Shown: piece by piece, positions 28,232-38,376 of the stretch
How positions within the stretch are numbered: the stretch's first letter is position 1
Layout of the letters: the number at the start of each line of letters is the position of its first letter
Sequence record: DRR378314_190
Length of the DNA: 53,913 nt
Direction: 5' to 3' (one strand)
The notes under the pieces: model-generated
Seen by the model: the letters and a program-made list of their open reading frames with translations, nothing else
Database searches by the model: none
What the model was told of the DNA's origin: nothing
Translations under genes and position numbers: made by a program

Positions 28232-29104
28232 CTATTTCAAAAGGTCTTTGAGGTAGCGGCCATAGTCGTTTTTCTCAAACATCTCGGCACGCTTTAGCAG
28301 TTCGTCATCGCTGATCCAGCCTTGATCATGGGCGATTTCCTCAAGGCAGCCGGTTTGCAGCCCCTGCCGTTGTGTCAGCGTGCGCACGAAGTTTCCCGCA
28401 TCCAACAGGCTTGCATGGGTGCCAGTGTCCAGCCAAGCATAGCCACGCCCCATCCGGTTCACCCGCAGCGCCCCCTGCGCCAGATACATTTCCAGCAAAG
28501 TGGTAATCTCAAGCTCCCCACGGGCAGAGGGTTTAACCTCCCGCGCCAGTTTCGGCGCATCTGCATCAAGGAAATAAAGCCCGGTAACAGCATAGTTTGA
28601 CGCTGGTTTTTTGGGCTTCTCGACAATGGTCTGCGCCACGCCCGCCTTGTCAAAACCAACCACACCATAGCGTTCAGGATCAGCCACGTGATAGCCGAAT
28701 ACCGTACCACCACTTTTTTGCTTGTCGGCGTCTGCCAATATCTCGGGCAAGCCGTGACCAAAGAAAATATTATCCCCCAACACCATGGCAGAGGGCGCAC
28801 CATCCAGAAAATCCTCTGCCAGAATATAGGCCTGCGCCAGACCATCCGGTGACGGCTGCACGATATAGGTCAGGGAAATGCCCCATTGGCTACCATCGCC
28901 AAGGGAGCGTTGGAACTGCGCCTGATCCTGCGGCGTGGTGATCATCGCAATCTCGCGGATACCGGCCAGCATCAACACCGAAATCGGGTAATAGATCATC
29001 GGCTTGTCATAGATCGGCAGCAGCTGCTTACTGATCCCCATGGTAATCGGATAGAGCCGCGTGCCGGAGCCGCCCGCCAGAATGATACCTTTGCGATTGG
29101 TCAT
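28232..29104 (-). CDS. rfbA: Glucose-1-phosphate thymidylyltransferase
   Basis: [43 protein letters not shown]. Confidence 0.97.
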   Translation of the reverse strand: MTNRKGIILAGGSGTRLYPITMGISKQLLPIYDKPMIYYPISVLMLAGIREIAMITTPQDQAQFQRSLGDGSQWGISLTYIVQPSPDGLAQAYILAEDFLDGAPSAMVLGDNIFFGHGLPEILADADKQKSGGTVFGYHVADPERYGVVGFDKAGVAQTIVEKPKKPASNYAVTGLYFLDADAPKLAREVKPSARGELEITTLLEMYLAQGALRVNRMGRGYAWLDTGTHASLLDAGNFVRTLTQRQGLQTGCLEEIAHDQGWISDDELLKRAEMFEKNDYGRYLKDLLK

Positions 29105-29952
29105 TTAGCTGCTCCGAGCTCGTTCAAAATTTCTGTCAGGCTGGCCCGCCAATCAGGGCGTTTAATACCGAAAACCGTTTTGGTCGTGGTGCAATCCATC
29201 CGCGAATTCAGCGGTCGTCTGGCAGGCGTGGGATAGGCTGTGGACGGGATATCGCTCACCGCACAGCTCAGCCCCGCCTGATCAAATATCGCACGGGCAA
29301 AATCGGCCCAGCTGCACGCCGGTGCGCCCGCGAAATGATATGTGCCCGCCTTGTCAGGGCTTTGGTTCAACTGTGGCGCCATGCCGTGACAGGCCAGCGC
29401 AATATCCTTGGCGGCGGTTGGCCCACCGATCTGATCCGCCACAACGTTCAGCGCATCCCGCTCTGCCCCTAGGCGTAGCATGGTTTTGACAAAGTTATTG
29501 CCATGCGCCGACACCACCCAAGAGGTGCGCAAGATCGCATGGGCACCCCCAGCTGCGCGCACCTTTTCCTCACCAGCCTGTTTCGAGCGACCATAGGCAC
29601 CCAGCGGCCCGGTTGCCGCATCCGGCTGCCACGGCTGAGTGCCGCCCCCGTCAAACACATAATCCGTCGAAATATGCACAAAAGGGATGCCCAGAACTGC
29701 ACAGTCCCGCGCCATAACACCGGGTGCATCGCCATTGATCAATGTCGCCAGCGCCTCTTCCTCTTCGGCCTTATCAACCGCGGTATAGGCGGCGGCATTA
29801 ATCACAGCGCTTGGTGTATAGGCGTGGATCGCATGTGAGACCTGTTCGGGCGCGGTCAAATCCGCCTCATCCCGCCCGATGCAAATCACCTCGGGCAGTT
29901 TTGCCAATTCCCGCGCCACTTGGCCGGTTTTTCCAATCACCAGAATGCTCAC
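29101..29952 (-). CDS. rfbD: dTDP-4-dehydrorhamnose reductase
   Basis: [44 protein letters not shown]. Confidence 0.96.
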   Translation of the reverse strand: MSILVIGKTGQVARELAKLPEVICIGRDEADLTAPEQVSHAIHAYTPSAVINAAAYTAVDKAEEEEALATLINGDAPGVMARDCAVLGIPFVHISTDYVFDGGGTQPWQPDAATGPLGAYGRSKQAGEEKVRAAGGAHAILRTSWVVSAHGNNFVKTMLRLGAERDALNVVADQIGGPTAAKDIALACHGMAPQLNQSPDKAGTYHFAGAPACSWADFARAIFDQAGLSCAVSDIPSTAYPTPARRPLNSRMDCTTTKTVFGIKRPDWRASLTEILNELGAAK

Positions 29953-30989
29953 AACTTCACCCCCAAACGCTCGCCCACACCATCACGTGCCTGCAAGGCC
30001 CGCCACCAGTCTTCATTTTCCAGATACCATTGCACCGTGCGTTCCAACCCCTGCTCCAATGTGACCGAAGGCCGCCAGCCCAGTTCATCGCGGATGCGTG
30101 CAGGGTCAATCGCATAGCGTAGATCATGCCCCGCACGGTCCTGCACATGGGTGATCTGATCCGCATAGCTGCCGTCTTTCGGGCGTTTCTGATCCAGAAT
30201 TGCACAAATGCTGCGCACCAGATCAATGTTGCGCGCCTCGTTTTCGCCGCCAATGTTGTAACTGCGGCCCAGCGCCCCTTTTTCCAGCACAAGTAACAAT
30301 GCGTCTGCATGATCCTCAACAAACAACCAGTCGCGCACGTTCAACCCCGCGCCATAGATGGGAATATCCTCGCCCGACAGCGCATTCAGGATCACCACCG
30401 GCACCAGTTTTTCAGGGAAATGGAACGGGCCATAGTTATTGGAACAATTCGTCAGAACCACGGGCAGCCCGTAGGTTTCATGCCATGCCCGCACCAAATG
30501 ATCGCTGGCCGCTTTGGACGCGGAATAGGGTGAACGCGGATCATAAGGGGTGTCTTCGGTGAACATGCCTTCCGCGCCCAGCGAGCCGAAAACCTCATCC
30601 GTCGATATGTGGTGAAACCGAAAACCGTCCGGTTTGCCCGCACCCACCCAATAGCTGCGCGCGGCCTCCAGCATGTTGTAGGTGCCAGTGATGTTCGTCT
30701 CAACAAAATCGCCCGGCCCATCGATCGACCGGTCAACATGGCTTTCTGCGGCCAGGTGCATCACCGCATCTGGGCTGTGGCGAGCAAATACGGCGTCCAA
30801 TGCGGCGCGGTTGCGGATATCCACCTGCTCGAACGCGTAAAGCGGGCTGTCCGCCACACTTGCCACATTCGCCAGACAACCGGCATAGGTCAGCGCATCA
30901 AGGTTCACGATCTCATGCCCACGGCTGACGGCCAATCGCACGACGGCAGAACCAATAAACCCCGCACCACCAGTCACCAGGATCTTCAT
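29949..30989 (-). CDS. rfbB: dTDP-glucose 4,6-dehydratase
   Basis: [40 protein letters not shown]. Confidence 0.97.
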   Translation of the reverse strand: MKILVTGGAGFIGSAVVRLAVSRGHEIVNLDALTYAGCLANVASVADSPLYAFEQVDIRNRAALDAVFARHSPDAVMHLAAESHVDRSIDGPGDFVETNITGTYNMLEAARSYWVGAGKPDGFRFHHISTDEVFGSLGAEGMFTEDTPYDPRSPYSASKAASDHLVRAWHETYGLPVVLTNCSNNYGPFHFPEKLVPVVILNALSGEDIPIYGAGLNVRDWLFVEDHADALLLVLEKGALGRSYNIGGENEARNIDLVRSICAILDQKRPKDGSYADQITHVQDRAGHDLRYAIDPARIRDELGWRPSVTLEQGLERTVQWYLENEDWWRALQARDGVGERLGVKL

Positions 30990-31555
30990 GCTGCGCCCTC
31001 AAATGTGAAAGGACTGTCAAAATCGCACATCAGCGGTGCCTTTTCATCCTTGTCCGACAGCACCGCAGAGCCGCTTAATCCCCAATCAATACCAAGGTCC
31101 GGATCATCAAAACGCACCGCACCATCACATTCAGGGGCATAATAATCGCTACATTTATAGATGATCTCTGTATCCGGCACACGTGTTGCAAAACCGTGAA
31201 GAAACCCGGCGGGGATCAGCAACTGCAAACCATTTTCTGCCGTCAATTCATAGCCAACCCATTCCCCGAAGGTTGCAGAACCTTCGCGCACATCCACCGC
31301 CACATCAAACAACGCACCGCGCCCACAGCGCACCAGTTTGGCCTGCGCATGGGGCGGGGATTGAAAATGCAATCCGCGCACCGTGTTCACAGCGGCAGAC
31401 ACCGAATGGTTATCCTGAACAAAATCAATATCGATGCCATGATCCGACATCTTTTTGCGGTTCCAGCTTTCGCAGAAAAACCCGCGCGCATCGCCATAAC
31501 GCGGCGGGTTTACCAAAACCACACCGGGCAGTTTTGTAGGTGTTATGAAATCCAA
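30986..31555 (-). CDS. rfbC: dTDP-4-dehydrorhamnose 3,5-epimerase
   Basis: [36 protein letters not shown] start. Confidence 0.95.
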   Translation of the reverse strand: MDFITPTKLPGVVLVNPPRYGDARGFFCESWNRKKMSDHGIDIDFVQDNHSVSAAVNTVRGLHFQSPPHAQAKLVRCGRGALFDVAVDVREGSATFGEWVGYELTAENGLQLLIPAGFLHGFATRVPDTEIIYKCSDYYAPECDGAVRFDDPDLGIDWGLSGSAVLSDKDEKAPLMCDFDSPFTFEGAA

Positions 31556-31627
31556 CTGGTCGCTCCGTGCCTGATCTTATGCTTTGCAGCACATCAATAC
31601 ATCGGACAGAGCGATTTGACGCCGCTT

Positions 31628-31798
31628 TTACGGCTTTTTCTTGGTTTTCTTCACAGGTGTTGCCGCAACCTCGGGGGGTGAACCCAATACCTGCGCCAGC
31701 ACCTCATCATCTGTCACGCCCTGTGGAATTTGCACCTGACCCAAGCCGGGCAGATCTGCGGTACGATAATTTGCAGGTTTGTTTTTGGTAGCACTCAT
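31628..31798 (-). CDS. Small hypothetical protein, 56 aa, with lysine-rich C-terminus
   Basis: ATG 1 nt after the DUF2793 stop (TGA-T-ATG); MSATKNKPANYRTADLPGLGQVQIPQGVTDDEVLAQVLGSPPEVAATPVKKTKKKP. Confidence 0.5.
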   Translation of the reverse strand: MSATKNKPANYRTADLPGLGQVQIPQGVTDDEVLAQVLGSPPEVAATPVKKTKKKP

Positions 31799-31799
31799 A

Positions 31800-32798
31800 T
31801 CATTTCCCCATCGTGGACAGTGTGAACAGACGGTTGGAACCAAGGCGATTCTCAACGAACAACTTGGGCGCTGGGCCTGTAACATCGATTGAAATGTTGA
31901 TGCCGCCCGCAGGCCCGGTCGTGCCCGTCAGCGGGCCAGTGTGATAAGTCAACGTTCCCGGCGGATTGGCAAACATCTCGCCAAAATTATTCACACCGGT
32001 CAATGTGCCGGTGATCGAGAACAGAAAATACCGCCCCTCCAGATTGACACTTAACCACATCAGGATGCGCGAGGGATTCGACCACGGGATGGTGACCGAC
32101 CAGACACTGTCATTCAGGATGAACACATCCTGAAAATACGATTGACCACTGGGCAGCTGCACCGCACCTGTCGCCGCCTCGGCGCGGAGGGCCGTCTTAA
32201 AACTGCTGCCGTTCTGGCTGACCTTGATCTCGAAATTATCATTGCCTGCGGTTCCCATCTCGGCGCGCCCTGCAAAACCGGTTTGAAACAACAGGCTTGC
32301 AGTGTCCGTCGCTGCCGATTTGTTCAGCTTAAGCTGATGACCGCTGCCCGCGTTGTTCAGCAATGTGGCATCAGCAGAAACCGCCAGCTTGTTGGTTGCA
32401 TCCGCACTGGTGTTCACCCCCAGCAAGGGCACGTTTTGCAAATCCCCTGTCGCGCCCGCACCGGCAGGCTGCCAATCGGTGCCATCAAACCGCACCTCCT
32501 CGCCACTGCTGGCAATATCCGCACGCCAGCCAATGTTCGGTGTGAAAAACTGCCAGGTGTTATCCACCCAAACCGCAACCTTATGCTCCTGTCCGGCCCA
32601 AACCCCCGTTGCGGCATCGGCCACGATGTAACGATCCCCTTCAGCAGTCTGCCCCGGTGGCGCGATCAGTGTTGTACTGATCACGCTCAACTGCGTAACA
32701 GCATCCAGAATCCGCAGCGCCTCATTATGGGTCACATGCTTTTGCGCCTGTGCTGGCTGAATATAGGGCAGCGACAGGGTTGGAGACGTCTGAGACAT
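31800..32798 (-). CDS. DUF2793-domain protein, gene-transfer-agent/phage tail-fibre-like
   Basis: N-terminus LPYIQPAQAQKHVTHNEALRILD..GDRYIV..GVWAG..W.FF.P..GW is typical DUF2793; middle GVNTSADATNKLAV..GHQLKLNK..TASLLFQTGFAGRAEMG; RBS AAAAGGA. Confidence 0.85.
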   Translation of the reverse strand: MSQTSPTLSLPYIQPAQAQKHVTHNEALRILDAVTQLSVISTTLIAPPGQTAEGDRYIVADAATGVWAGQEHKVAVWVDNTWQFFTPNIGWRADIASSGEEVRFDGTDWQPAGAGATGDLQNVPLLGVNTSADATNKLAVSADATLLNNAGSGHQLKLNKSAATDTASLLFQTGFAGRAEMGTAGNDNFEIKVSQNGSSFKTALRAEAATGAVQLPSGQSYFQDVFILNDSVWSVTIPWSNPSRILMWLSVNLEGRYFLFSITGTLTGVNNFGEMFANPPGTLTYHTGPLTGTTGPAGGINISIDVTGPAPKLFVENRLGSNRLFTLSTMGK

Positions 32799-32845
32799 GG
32801 GCGGTCCTTTTGTAACGTGAATGAAACCTCAACGCCCCGGACCCT

Positions 32846-32860
32846 GTAACAGTTGGTTAA
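32846..32860 (-). promoter_or_regulatory. CtrA-like site (1 mismatch) upstream of the DUF2793 gene
   Basis: Minus strand TTAA-CCAACTG-TTAC, about 50 nt upstream of ATG 32798. Confidence 0.5.
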
Positions 32861-33014
32861 ACATGCCCTGACCCAAGCGCCCGCATCACGCCAGTTTTAC
32901 GCAACACCAAACCTCTAAAATCTGCGGTATTCACCCCGGAAACGCCATTTTCTGAACCCGCATCTTTCCCGAAATACCACCAATACCTTGTCCATTCGCG
33001 GAAGGGGTCATCCA

Positions 33015-35735
33015 ATGGTCAGAGCAGTATTTACAAATCACGGGGCGCTGTCCTCAATCGAGGAATTTGGCCTTGTCGGGTTGAACGATATCAAGGTTGT
33101 CGACGGCGCGGGCGGGCCCATGTTGTTCGCCGCAACACGGGGCAATGGTTGGCTGTCAGCCTATGATCTGGGCAGCTCCGCAGGTGATACCACATTGGAT
33201 CAACAATGGCGGATTGCCCCCCAACTGCTCCAACTGGAAACCACCGATCTGGTGTTGCGCGACACCGGCGGCAGCCAGCAGCTTTATATGGCGGGCCTGA
33301 ACAACAGTCGTCTGACCGGTGTCCGACTTGACAGCGACGGGGCAGGTAATGCCATCGATGGGGGGATCTCCTATTCTGCCATGGGTCGCCACCTTGGTGG
33401 CCTGTCCGAGATGGAGCTGATCAGCGATGGCAACAGCGGCCTTGGTGCTTTGCGCAATGGTGGTTTAGTAAATATCTCTTTCGGGTCGGGCACCACCATG
33501 AACCTATCCAACATCAATCAGGGCAGCGCCATGCAGGGCGAACGTGCAACCGGAATCACCAGCGCCACACATGACGGGCAAACCTATGCTTTTGTCACCT
33601 ATCAGGGCGAGGATACGGTCAGCATGTTCCGCCAGGGTGCAAACGGAAACATGATCCATATCAACGATGTAGATGCCAGCGACGGTTTCTGGGTTGACCG
33701 CCCAGGGGCGTTGACCGTGACCTCTGCACCGGATGGAAAACTCTATGTGGTTGTCGCCGGGTCGGGCAGCGATTCTCTGTCGACATTTTCTGTCACACCC
33801 CAGGGCATGGTGCCGGTTGACCACCTGATCGACAGCCTCGGCACCCGCTTTGCCGATGCCAGCCATGTCACCAGCGTCACCGTTGATGGCCAGAGCTTTA
33901 TCCTCGCCGCCGGATCTGACAGCGGCGTCAGCATGTTTACCGTTTTGCCCGGCGGGCGGCTGCAACATATCGACGCCATGCCTGCAGAGGCCGCAACCCC
34001 GCTGCGTGGCATCACCTCAATCGATGCCATGTCGACGCCTGATGGTCTGCGCTTCTGGGTCTCAACCGAGGGCGCACCCTATCTGGCAGAGTTTTCGGTG
34101 GCCCTGCCCAATCTCGGCATCAATCTGGGAGCCTCGGCCACTGGCAGCACCTTAGATGGCCGGGTGGGCGACGACATCCTTTCAGGTGGGGCAGGCAACG
34201 ATCAGCTGAACGGCAGTTTCGGCAATGACATCCTACTTGACGGGGCTGGTGCGGACACGCTTCGGGGTGACGGCGGACGTGACACTTTTGTCCTGACTGA
34301 AGATGGCGCGCGTGATGTCATTCAGGATTTCGAAATGGGTTTTGACCGCATCGACATGACCGACTTCAGCCAGACCAGTGCCTTCGGGCAAATGTCCATT
34401 GTATCGCGCAGCTGGGGCGCCGAATTTCAGCTGGGCGCAGATGTGCTTGAGGTGCGCTCTTCTGACGGGTCGCGCCTTTATGCACAGGATTTTGATGCCA
34501 CCAACCTGATCACCGGCGGACGAATCCAGACAGATCCCGCACTCTACCCCGGTGGCCGCGGCCCGGCGCGCCCCGATCCCAATCCGGGCTCAAACGCGAA
34601 TCCCTCAAGCGTCGATCCCAATAGCCTCGCACCCGCGTGGCAAAACGAACCCTCCTTTGCCCTGAACCGCAGTGCGAATGACAACGGCGGTACAAAAGCG
34701 CATGACCAAATCACCACCGGCGCTGGCAACGACCGGGTCTTTGGGGGTTTGGGCAATGATACGTTAAATTCCGGGGCGGGCCGCGATGCGGTCAACGGCG
34801 AAGGCGGGAACGATCTGATTCACGGCGGAGATGACAACGACTTCCTGCTGGGTGCCGCCGGGTTCGATACCATTGATGGCGGCAATGGGCATGACACAAT
34901 CTCTGGCGACACCTATGCCGATTCCATCAGCGGTGGCGCTGGCAATGATGTCTTGCTGGGGGGTGACGGATTCGACCGGATCAGCGGTGGCTCTGGCAAT
35001 GACCGGGTCTGGGCCGGATCATCACCGGATCGGGTTTGGGGCGGTGACGGGGATGATTGGCTCAGCGCCGGCAGCAACATTGGCTATGGCGTGGATGCGG
35101 TTTTTGGCGAAGGTGGCAATGACACGATTTTTGGCAATGCCGGTTTCGATCTGCTGAACGGCGGCGATGGCGATGACGTTCTTGATGGCGGTCATCAAGC
35201 GGACAACCTCTATGGCGAAGAGGGTAACGACATCCTGTTGGGCGGGCTCGGCTTTGACCGGCTGTTCGGCGGGCGTGGCGATGATCAGCTCTTTGGCGGT
35301 GACAGCGGCGACGGGGTGTTTGGTCAGCAGGGCAATGACACCATGTGGGGAGGCACCGGCGGCGACCGATTTTTCGGCGGGCAGGGCAATGATATCATTG
35401 ATGGCGAAACCGGGGATGACACCATTTATGGTGGTGCCGGTTTCGACACGATTCTGGGTGGCGAAGGCAATGACTCACTATACGGCAGCTTTAACGCGGA
35501 TGAATTCCTGTTTGATAACAACCACGGCAATGATACGATCTGCGACTTCGACGCAACCAGCGCAAATGAAGTGATCGACCTCTCTCGGGTGGACGGCTTT
35601 AACCGTTTCTCGGATGTCATTAATGTCTCCACCCAAACCGGGCAGGACGTTGTGATCCAGACCGGCAGTAACAGTTCTATCAGGCTCAATCGCGTGAACC
35701 TTGACGATTTGGACGAGAACGATTTCGTGTTTTAA
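33015..35735 (+). CDS. Secreted RTX (hemolysin-type Ca-binding) protein with N-terminal beta-propeller-like domain
   Basis: Many GGxGxDxLx nonapeptides in two blocks; N-terminal blade-like repeats (YVVVAGSGSDSLSTF, FILAAGSDSGVSMF); C-terminal T1SS-like end DLDENDFVF; no Sec signal. Confidence 0.88.
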   Translation: MVRAVFTNHGALSSIEEFGLVGLNDIKVVDGAGGPMLFAATRGNGWLSAYDLGSSAGDTTLDQQWRIAPQLLQLETTDLVLRDTGGSQQLYMAGLNNSRLTGVRLDSDGAGNAIDGGISYSAMGRHLGGLSEMELISDGNSGLGALRNGGLVNISFGSGTTMNLSNINQGSAMQGERATGITSATHDGQTYAFVTYQGEDTVSMFRQGANGNMIHINDVDASDGFWVDRPGALTVTSAPDGKLYVVVAGSGSDSLSTFSVTPQGMVPVDHLIDSLGTRFADASHVTSVTVDGQSFILAAGSDSGVSMFTVLPGGRLQHIDAMPAEAATPLRGITSIDAMSTPDGLRFWVSTEGAPYLAEFSVALPNLGINLGASATGSTLDGRVGDDILSGGAGNDQLNGSFGNDILLDGAGADTLRGDGGRDTFVLTEDGARDVIQDFEMGFDRIDMTDFSQTSAFGQMSIVSRSWGAEFQLGADVLEVRSSDGSRLYAQDFDATNLITGGRIQTDPALYPGGRGPARPDPNPGSNANPSSVDPNSLAPAWQNEPSFALNRSANDNGGTKAHDQITTGAGNDRVFGGLGNDTLNSGAGRDAVNGEGGNDLIHGGDDNDFLLGAAGFDTIDGGNGHDTISGDTYADSISGGAGNDVLLGGDGFDRISGGSGNDRVWAGSSPDRVWGGDGDDWLSAGSNIGYGVDAVFGEGGNDTIFGNAGFDLLNGGDGDDVLDGGHQADNLYGEEGNDILLGGLGFDRLFGGRGDDQLFGGDSGDGVFGQQGNDTMWGGTGGDRFFGGQGNDIIDGETGDDTIYGGAGFDTILGGEGNDSLYGSFNADEFLFDNNHGNDTICDFDATSANEVIDLSRVDGFNRFSDVINVSTQTGQDVVIQTGSNSSIRLNRVNLDDLDENDFVF

Positions 35736-35749
35736 TCCCCACCAGCGGC

Positions 35750-36979
35750 TCAGGCGGTGCGCTCAACCTCCTGCAAAACCTGATCGACCAGGGCAGAAAA
35801 CTCCCGGGCCTGATCTGCAAAATGCACCACTGGATAGGGCGCACGTTCCCGTTTCCCGGACCGCAACACCTGATCAATCTGCTCGCGCAATTGACCCGGT
35901 GGCGCGGCAATCGGGATAAGATCCTCCTGCCGGATCGCCCCATGCTCAACAGTGCCACCGCTGTCAGTCTGGATCACTGTAATGCCACGCGCCAATGCTT
36001 CGCGGATGGCCAGTCCGAATGTCTCTTTCCATTGGGACATGAACAACAGCACGTCGATCTCTGCGTAAAAATCGTCCATGTTGTGCTGTTCGAACCGGGG
36101 ATAAATTTCCCAGCTGCCGGGCAGTTTGCTCAGCTGCTTTGCCTGCCACCAGGACCCGTCGCGGCTGCCGTCAACAACAAGCCCGCGAAACTTGCCCGAT
36201 TTAATGCCGGCGAAAGCCTGCTCTATCTGCGGCCAGCCCTTTATCTGTGCAGGCCCGCCCACATACCCAAAGGTGATCCTTTGATCTGATGCCCGCCGGG
36301 CCGCCTGTTTGTTGAAAAACGCGGGTTCAGGTGGGTTAACACCGTTTTTCCAAACCACCCCCCGCCCTTTGGCAAAACCGGATGCTTCGCTGAGCTCCTT
36401 TGCAAATTGCGACGGGTAGGTAACGAGCGCTACTTTCTCACTCATCGCCTGCAAATGGTTAAATCGGGTCTTCGCCGCCCAAAAATTATCAACACAACCC
36501 TTGCATCTATCGATCCTGACGGGGTTCTGTCCGCAATACCTCTCGTCCAGTTTGATCATGAACTGCCGCTCACACAGCCACCAGAAATCATGTACACTCA
36601 GGATCACCGGCACATTTGCCCCTTCGGCAGCAGTGATAATGCCGGTTCCGATATCCTGAATACAATGGGCGTGAATCAGATCAGGCTCTAGCGCGCTGAT
36701 CAATTCAGCCAGCCGCGCGGTTACCTCAGGGTTGTTGTAGATTTCCCCATAGGAGCGGTGTTCAGGCACGTTGATCAAATAGTTCACGATCCCGTTTTTC
36801 TGGCTTTTGATTACATCATAAGGCGCAATGTCATTTCGGGCGCATAGAGACACGACAGTAACGCGATAGCCCCCCTGCTTGATCAATGCGGTCGCGACCT
36901 GTTCCGCAACCACCGTCGCGCCGCCATAGCTGAAGGGGGCGAAAAAGACGTTTGCCACCAGAATATGGCGTAAATTCAT
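35750..36979 (-). CDS. Glycosyltransferase, GT4 / GT-B fold
   Basis: GGATVV, DLIHAH, SVHDFWWLC, KGW, ETFGLAIREA; ATGA overlap with the upstream gene. Confidence 0.9.
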   Translation of the reverse strand: MNLRHILVANVFFAPFSYGGATVVAEQVATALIKQGGYRVTVVSLCARNDIAPYDVIKSQKNGIVNYLINVPEHRSYGEIYNNPEVTARLAELISALEPDLIHAHCIQDIGTGIITAAEGANVPVILSVHDFWWLCERQFMIKLDERYCGQNPVRIDRCKGCVDNFWAAKTRFNHLQAMSEKVALVTYPSQFAKELSEASGFAKGRGVVWKNGVNPPEPAFFNKQAARRASDQRITFGYVGGPAQIKGWPQIEQAFAGIKSGKFRGLVVDGSRDGSWWQAKQLSKLPGSWEIYPRFEQHNMDDFYAEIDVLLFMSQWKETFGLAIREALARGITVIQTDSGGTVEHGAIRQEDLIPIAAPPGQLREQIDQVLRSGKRERAPYPVVHFADQAREFSALVDQVLQEVERTA

Positions 36980-38289
36980 GTCTCTACCCATTCGATCAAT
37001 TCCGGCGCGATGATGTGGGGCTGATCAGAGGCCCGCCATCGTTCCTCCAGATTGACACGGGCGTTTCTACCCATCTGCGCTGCGTCTTTTGGACAGGCGG
37101 CAAGGGCGCGCAGGGCATCCATCCAATCGCCGCCCTTCTGCGCGACAAATCCGGTTTCACCGGTGCGCACAACCGATGACAGATCCCCGACATCCGCAAC
37201 AATTGAGGGCACACCGACAGATGCCGCGTCCAACACCCGCACGGCGCTTTTGCACCGATTGAAAGCATCATCGCAAAGCGGCATCAGCGTACAATTGGCC
37301 CTTGCCAGTGCGGCGAGATAGCGATCGTATCCCGCAAATTCTACCCTCTCTATTTGTGGTTTCAGTTTGGCAGGCAAATGTGCCAGATCAAAATGACCAA
37401 TCAGCATCAACCGTCTGCCGCGATCCGCCTGAATGAACTCTGACAAAGGTTCCAGAATCTCTGCCAAATCAACCTCGTGCCCCTGCGATCCGCTGGCAAA
37501 GGCCACTCGAAACATCCCGTCATCAGGCCCGTTATTCAGCATCGCCACCGCCCCTGCGCAAAGCGTCTCTGCATCGGCAAAGTTGCGCCTGACATAGACC
37601 GGGCGCCCGGTATAAAGCGCCGCGTGCTGTGCCATGCCGGGAGTCGAAACAGACATGATATCCGCCCCGTTCATCATGCTAAGGTATTTCGGTGCCGCGG
37701 ACAGGAAATGCCATTTCAAACCCGGGTCCAAGGCTTCCATATTGCGATAGGTTTCGTAGGCCGACACTGAAAAAAGCGGGTCGTCCAGATCATACAAGAT
37801 GGGCAGCCGCAGCCGCCGCGCCTCGTAACGAAACATATCGGTCACCGCACTGGATTGCAGACGATATTCCATCAGATGGGTCGCATGTTGCATGATCCGC
37901 GTGGCGCGCGGGATATCCTGATAATGCGCATATTCAAATTCAACACCCCGGCTGCGCCAGAAACCGGCCAGTTGTTCAACCCGGTACTTGCGACATTGCG
38001 GCAGGTTCAGGTCCGCAATCATCGCAATCTGTCGTCGCGCCCGATCAACGCCGGGGGCCTGTAGGATGTGAAACGCGTCCTGCCGCGCAAGGGTTTGCCA
38101 GATACCATGCAGATATTGTTCTGACCCGCGTGGGCCAGTATCCGTGGCAAGGGACAGGGTTCCCGTGCCCAACCCCCGCACCCGCCGACGAACATAGCCT
38201 GCTGCACGTAGCACCGCCGCACCGGTGCCCTCTCGCTTCAAAACGGACCCAAACCGCCTGATCAAAGTGAGCAAGGGCAATTTCAACAC
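36976..38289 (-). CDS. Glycosyltransferase, GT4-like
   Basis: KYRVEQ, YDLDDPLF, FASGS, FNRCKSAVR, GETGF; GTG start with AAAGGAG RBS. Confidence 0.85.
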   Translation of the reverse strand: MLKLPLLTLIRRFGSVLKREGTGAAVLRAAGYVRRRVRGLGTGTLSLATDTGPRGSEQYLHGIWQTLARQDAFHILQAPGVDRARRQIAMIADLNLPQCRKYRVEQLAGFWRSRGVEFEYAHYQDIPRATRIMQHATHLMEYRLQSSAVTDMFRYEARRLRLPILYDLDDPLFSVSAYETYRNMEALDPGLKWHFLSAAPKYLSMMNGADIMSVSTPGMAQHAALYTGRPVYVRRNFADAETLCAGAVAMLNNGPDDGMFRVAFASGSQGHEVDLAEILEPLSEFIQADRGRRLMLIGHFDLAHLPAKLKPQIERVEFAGYDRYLAALARANCTLMPLCDDAFNRCKSAVRVLDAASVGVPSIVADVGDLSSVVRTGETGFVAQKGGDWMDALRALAACPKDAAQMGRNARVNLEERWRASDQPHIIAPELIEWVET

Positions 38290-38335
38290 ATGAGGTCTCC
38301 TTTGTGACGCTGGAAAGACGCTTAAGGGGCGACAC

Positions 38336-38351
38336 TTAACAATTTGTGAAC
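38336..38351 (+). promoter_or_regulatory. CtrA-like site (1 mismatch) in the divergent glycosyltransferase promoter region
   Basis: TTAA-CAATTTG-TGAAC. Confidence 0.4.
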
Positions 38352-38376
38352 TTTTTTAGCTTGTTGTGAGGTCGAA

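Noticed and set aside
31800-32798. Prophage remnant
   Set aside because: No other phage structural, integrase or lysis genes and no att-like repeats seen; an intact solitary DUF2793 gene fits a host-maintained GTA accessory better.
34700-35500. CRISPR array or DNA tandem repeat (recurrent ggcaatgac / ggcggc)
   Set aside because: The repeats are degenerate codons of RTX nonapeptides within an open frame, with no constant repeat-spacer structure.
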